From an uncultured Porphyromonadaceae bacterium (GTDB lineage: Bacteria; Bacteroidota; Bacteroidia; Bacteroidales; Muribaculaceae): a stretch of DNA of 55,078 nucleotides. The stretch's first letter is position 1, and every line of letters begins with the position of its first letter. The position numbers and the translations under genes are program-made. The stretch spans positions 1-55,078 of the forward strand of contig CAMWPX010000001.1 in NCBI GenBank assembly GCA_947176205.1, written 5' to 3'. Of this stretch, positions 51,024 to 55,078 are shown piece after piece. The notes beneath the pieces are model-generated. The model saw only the letters and a program-made list of their open reading frames with translations, did not search any database and had not been told where the DNA came from.

Positions 51024-51728
51024 TTATTTCTGTAATATAAATTTCTCTGCAGTAAGAATATCTGCTGCATGGTCCACATCTATTATCTTAGAAAAAGGAT
51101 ATGCTCGTAGCGAAAGACCTTCATCGACCAACGCACGCTGATAGTTACGCATGCGTGACACTCCGCCTTCTACACACCGCGCGAGAACTTCAAGGGCACG
51201 TGAATCAAGTCCGTAGATACCGCCCGATATATAACGGTCACTTCCTGATGGTGTGTCACGGAACGCCGTAATCTTCATCTGCGAATCGACATCTATATAA
51301 AGAGGCTTTTCATCATCAATGTACGACGTCACCCCCATATAACCGTCAGCTGAGCTATCGGACTCAAAAGCTTCGACATAACGGCGAAAATCATCCGCAC
51401 GGAATATAGTGTCGACCGTAGTGAGTACAAATTTCCCATCGGCGGCAAATTTTCTGCTCACTTCATAAAAACTATGCATGGAACTTGGCGTGGACTTAAC
51501 CACCAGATTAAACGGCACCGGAAACGAGAGTGATTCAAGATATTCACGAACCTGAGTCATCTGCTCATTAACTATAACGCTAAGTGACTGGGCATTGCAT
51601 TGGAGGAAAATATCTATCAGACGCTTTATCATCGGCTGACCGCAGAGCTGAACCAACGGTTTTGGCAGCGCCACTCCTTCCTGCACAAGTCGGGAGCCTT
51701 CGCCCGCAGCTATAATGGCATAATTCAT
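51024..51728 (-). CDS. Sugar-phosphate nucleotidyltransferase (possible inositol-phosphate cytidylyltransferase)
   Basis: IIAAGEGSRL..PKPL, VD, DVDH..D. ATG overlaps the pdxA stop. Confidence 0.85.
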   Translation of the reverse strand: MNYAIIAAGEGSRLVQEGVALPKPLVQLCGQPMIKRLIDIFLQCNAQSLSVIVNEQMTQVREYLESLSFPVPFNLVVKSTPSSMHSFYEVSRKFAADGKFVLTTVDTIFRADDFRRYVEAFESDSSADGYMGVTSYIDDEKPLYIDVDSQMKITAFRDTPSGSDRYISGGIYGLDSRALEVLARCVEGGVSRMRNYQRALVDEGLSLRAYPFSKIIDVDHAADILTAEKFILQK

Positions 51729-52828
51729 CACTCGTCAGATTTAGTCAGATCAAGCACTACATTGTCTTTCTTATTACGCTCCACATAATGCTTGGCAAGC
51801 GGGTTGCGGTAAGCTTCGTGATGCCGGCGACGGCTGCGATAGATATCTATAGCCTTATAAATAGCGCTACGCATCGATTCTTCCGATGCTTCCCACTTAC
51901 CGGCTATATCGTATCCGGTGCCATGGTCAGGTGATGTACGGACAAAAGGAAGCCCGGCGGTAAAATTGACTCCGGCATCCATAGCAAGAGTCTTGAATGG
52001 AATAAGTCCCTGGTCATGATACATAGCCAGTATACCGTCAAACCTGTTGTAAAGTCCGGCACCGAAAAATCCATCGGCGGCATACGGACCGAAACAATTG
52101 ATTTTTTCTTCCTGCGCCGCCTTGATGGCAGGTATTATTTGCTCCGTTTCCTCGGAACCCAAAAGTCCGTCCTCACCACTATGGGGATTAAGTGCGAGCA
52201 CCGCTATACGTGGATGAGGAAGAGAGAAGTCCCGCTCAAGCGAGTCACTGAACTGACGCAACTTTTCAAGCACGGCATCCTTACTTACACCCATAGCGAC
52301 CGAAGATATAGGAGTATGTATGGTGACAAGAGCCACGCGGATAGTATCATTGCATAATACCATCAATGCATTGTCACCGTTTTCACCAAGCGATGCCTGC
52401 AGATATTCCGTATGACCCGGAAACGGAAACTGCTCGCCATGAATGGAATGTTTGCTTATGGGAGCTGTTACGAGCACATCGATGTCACCGGCACGCAAGT
52501 CAGCCACAGCACGCTCAAGCGCAGCGAAAGCGGCTTCACCGGCTTCTTTCGATGACACTCCGGGTGTAGGACGCACCGATTCATCCACCACGTTGATTAT
52601 ATTAATCTGGTCAGCTCTGGCTGCATCTGCAGCTGCTATCTGGCACAAGGATATCGACGGCTGCTGAGCCTGCTTGAGATAATGGGCGGCTATCTTTGCC
52701 GAGCCATATATTATAGGGGTACAAAGTTCGAGCATGCGGCTGTCGTCAAGAGCTTTGAGTATAACCTCATAGCCTATGCCGTTGATGTCGCCGTGAGTAA
52801 TGCCGACTTTTATCTTTTTTTCTGACAT
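51728..52828 (-). CDS. pdxA: 4-hydroxythreonine-4-phosphate dehydrogenase
   Basis: GDINGIGYE, TAPISK, GHTE, LNPHSGE, AMYHDQGL, RTSPDHGT. Confidence 0.95.
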   Translation of the reverse strand: MSEKKIKVGITHGDINGIGYEVILKALDDSRMLELCTPIIYGSAKIAAHYLKQAQQPSISLCQIAAADAARADQINIINVVDESVRPTPGVSSKEAGEAAFAALERAVADLRAGDIDVLVTAPISKHSIHGEQFPFPGHTEYLQASLGENGDNALMVLCNDTIRVALVTIHTPISSVAMGVSKDAVLEKLRQFSDSLERDFSLPHPRIAVLALNPHSGEDGLLGSEETEQIIPAIKAAQEEKINCFGPYAADGFFGAGLYNRFDGILAMYHDQGLIPFKTLAMDAGVNFTAGLPFVRTSPDHGTGYDIAGKWEASEESMRSAIYKAIDIYRSRRRHHEAYRNPLAKHYVERNKKDNVVLDLTKSDE

Positions 52829-53011
52829 ATAAAGTAATATTTATTCAATTTGCGAATTTACTCATTTTTTCACAAATCACCCCCCTTTTCCCCCTCATAA
52901 ATTAACGACAAAACGCGACAAAGCATCTAACGCCCTTGTATCGCATACTTTATTATCCATAGTTTGCCATCATCAATCGTAAACATTAAGAATCAGCACT
53001 ATATATTGAAT

Positions 53012-53053
53012 ACTATAGTCAGTTGTACTATGGTATTCACTCCATTACATTTG
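53012..53053 (+). promoter_or_regulatory. Putative C-box double operator and leaderless promoter
   Basis: ACTATAGT at 53012-53019 and ACTATGGT at 53027-53034 (15-bp period) flank GTTG at 53022-53025. TACATTTG at 53046-53053 ends 4 nt before the ATG. Confidence 0.6.
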
Positions 53054-53057
53054 TAAT

Positions 53058-53291
53058 ATGAAAGATATTGACCAATCCATAGCTAAAATGTTGCGGGAAA
53101 TAAGAGAATCTCGCAAAATATCTCAAGAGACCCTATCGTTTGATTCTAATCTTCATAGAACCTATATAAGTCAATTAGAGCGAGGATTAAAATCCGTCAC
53201 CGTTAAAACCCTTTTGAAGATTACCACTGCTTTAGACATTGAAATTGATGATTTTATTAAATTAGTTAATGATGACCGTAAAACACTATAA
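53058..53291 (+). CDS. XRE-family HTH controller (C) protein
   Basis: LREIRESRKISQETLS..LHRTYISQLERG. Lies directly upstream of the putative REase. Confidence 0.85.
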   Translation: MKDIDQSIAKMLREIRESRKISQETLSFDSNLHRTYISQLERGLKSVTVKTLLKITTALDIEIDDFIKLVNDDRKTL

Positions 53292-54012
53292 TCTTACCGA
53301 AGAAAACGAGAATCGCCTATTGACTGGACTGAAAGCTGCTGTGTCCATTCCGATTATTGACAGTATAGAAGACTTTATTTGGGAAAGTATATTCTGTTAT
53401 ATGAAGCAAATACCATATATTGACCCATTCAAAAATACAAGAAGTAAAAAATTATATGACATTACTGATTCTGAAAATAACATCGGATGGTCTGCAAAGG
53501 CTTTACAATGGTCATTGACTCCTGGAAGTGAATTTGAAATAGTAATCCAAAGGGCAGATGTTTTCAAAAAAGCTGAAAGTTTAGGATTCAATAATCTGAA
53601 TATTGATTCAGACCCTAATATAATTGGAGCTGCGCTATTGAAACATTGGCACTTGAAAATTAATGAAGATGCCAAGAAACAGAATGTTAAGGATAAACGA
53701 ATATGTATTCTTCTAAAAAATAAAGCTTGTACGAAATTTGCTTACATAGAAGAAGACATAGCAATTTATGATACCGATGAACTAGAATGGATGTGGTCTG
53801 ATTCAGATAAGACCGGGCTTAAAGGAATTCGTAAAACCGATGGCTTTTGCGTATACAAGTGGTACCATAATCAAACACAATTCTTCGAGAGGTTCAAATT
53901 TGAACAATCATCTAAAATTTATAATATCGACTTGCACCGCTTGAGCTTAAATCATTTTATAGATTTGATACACAAAGAATTGAGTGAAGATGAAAATAAT
54001 TTATGCTGTTGA
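53269..54012 (+). CDS. Putative type II restriction endonuclease
   Basis: Sits between the C gene and a convergent 5mC MTase. E..(LY)D..GWSAK resembles a PD-(D/E)xK variant with SxK. Confidence 0.6.
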   Translation: MMTVKHYNLTEENENRLLTGLKAAVSIPIIDSIEDFIWESIFCYMKQIPYIDPFKNTRSKKLYDITDSENNIGWSAKALQWSLTPGSEFEIVIQRADVFKKAESLGFNNLNIDSDPNIIGAALLKHWHLKINEDAKKQNVKDKRICILLKNKACTKFAYIEEDIAIYDTDELEWMWSDSDKTGLKGIRKTDGFCVYKWYHNQTQFFERFKFEQSSKIYNIDLHRLSLNHFIDLIHKELSEDENNLCC

Positions 54013-55078
54013 AAAGACTTGTTATTTCCCAATAAGTCTTTTATAACATTAGCCATAGTGTACATAATTAACGACGGAACAGCATTACCGATTTGAGCTG
54101 CTTTCTCTATATAAGTCCCCGAAAAAACAAAATCATCTGTAAAACATTGCAATCTGGCAGCTTCCCTTATTGTTATCAAACGAGCATTCTTTGGATGACC
54201 ATATCTACCCGAACCAGGATGAAAACACCACCGAGTAATAGTCTGAGCCACATTATCAAAATCAAGGCGCCCATATGCTCCACTATATCCTCCTTTAGGT
54301 CTTATTTCCGGTGGAAGATCCTTGATTCCCTGTCCCGCAGAAAGAGAACGCATCCGCTCTAACTGAACACCTTTCAATTCTCGTGTTATATGGTCGTGCA
54401 ACAACCCGGAATCGCGCCTCATAAATCTCTGATAATCATTGACTGCCGGTTTATCATATTCCATAACCAAAGCTCCTTCCCCATTCTCTAATTCAGGCAA
54501 ATCACATATAGCATCCCAAGCTGAAACATAAGTCTTGTTTATACTAAATAGACTTTCGGCATTTGCTTTCTGATGTGTCGGTTCTGGGAAATAAGGTTTT
54601 TTACCATTTCGAGTTGCTAAGAAAAAACAACGGGAACGTCTTTGGGGAACTCCGTAATCTGGGGCAAATAAAACTTTTACTGCAACCATATACCCGAGTT
54701 CTTCCAAATGTAAAACAATTTGTCTTCTTATCTCTCCATTAAAAGCATTATAAATTTCTGCCACATTTTCAATAACAACAATCTTCGGCAGAAATTCATC
54801 GACAAAACGAATATAATCTTTGTATAACTGATTGCGGGAATCTTCAAGAAATCGATATACAGAAGGAACATTTTTAGAAAATCCCTGACAAGGTGGTCCG
54901 CCCACCATACAATCCAACTCCCCCTTATCCAATTTCAAATCTTTTCTGATATCCGCCGCATTGAAGTCTCTGATATCTCCTTTATATGTTTTTGCATCAG
55001 GGTGATTCAATTGAAAGGTTTTGATGGCAGGTTCCCAAATATCAAGACCACCTATTATATCAAAACCAGCCTTATACC
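53952..55078 (-). CDS. DNA (cytosine-5)-methyltransferase, 5' end outside window
   Basis: GGPPCQGFS, ENV, YGVPQRRSR, REAARLQ, QIGNAVP. The frame stays open upstream of 55010 (..KAGFDIIGGLDIW..) to the window edge. Confidence 0.95.
   Translation of the reverse strand, partial: YKAGFDIIGGLDIWEPAIKTFQLNHPDAKTYKGDIRDFNAADIRKDLKLDKGELDCMVGGPPCQGFSKNVPSVYRFLEDSRNQLYKDYIRFVDEFLPKIVVIENVAEIYNAFNGEIRRQIVLHLEELGYMVAVKVLFAPDYGVPQRRSRCFFLATRNGKKPYFPEPTHQKANAESLFSINKTYVSAWDAICDLPELENGEGALVMEYDKPAVNDYQRFMRRDSGLLHDHITRELKGVQLERMRSLSAGQGIKDLPPEIRPKGGYSGAYGRLDFDNVAQTITRWCFHPGSGRYGHPKNARLITIREAARLQCFTDDFVFSGTYIEKAAQIGNAVPSLIMYTMANVIKDLLGNNKSFQQHKLFSSSLNSLCIKSIK

Larger units (their letters stand above)
52970..55078. 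mobile_element. AT-rich accessory block carrying a restriction-modification system (continues off window)
   Basis: Abrupt drop in GC after the pdxA upstream region. Contains C, R and M genes. Confidence 0.55.

Noticed and set aside
1-55078. CRISPR array, tRNA, rRNA, IS/transposase, integrase or invertible promoter
   Set aside because: No regularly spaced repeats, cloverleaf or rRNA signatures, recombinase ORFs or promoter-flanking inverted repeats were seen by eye. A tRNAscan/Infernal run would be needed to exclude small RNAs.

Overview
Bacteroidales chromosomal segment, probably Muribaculaceae-like (inferred from gene repertoire and TTTG-N19-21-TAnnTTTG promoters). A core of roughly 50% GC by eye (about 6.7-52.9 kb) is flanked by two visibly AT-rich accessory blocks. 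The left block (1-6.6 kb, minus strand, probably continuing off the window) is an operon of five signal-peptide-bearing proteins: WD40/OmpA-like, TPR-caspase (C14) with an intact His/Cys dyad, a small beta-barrel, an LPP20-like protein and a DUF4384-like protein, with a G8 tract in its promoter. This is the best candidate for an undescribed extracytoplasmic caspase signalling or conflict system. The core holds BlaI/BlaR1-TonB with a perfect operator, carbonic anhydrase, frr, pyrH, argS, ruvB, a SusD-less TonB receptor locus with two OB-fold-like lipoproteins and a secreted EEP nuclease (probable DNA scavenging), an ECF sigma, rbfA, a pyruvate kinase lacking its C-terminal domain, aroQ, trmB, mrp, panB, MATE, a Na/Pi transporter with a PhoB-like regulator, rnhB, an inositol-lipid cluster containing an ITPK1-like ATP-grasp protein, and pdxA. 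The right block (from about 53 kb) is a controller-regulated type II restriction-modification system whose 5mC methyltransferase runs off the window. No rRNA, tRNA, CRISPR array or transposase was seen. All family calls come from motif recognition by eye, not database searches.
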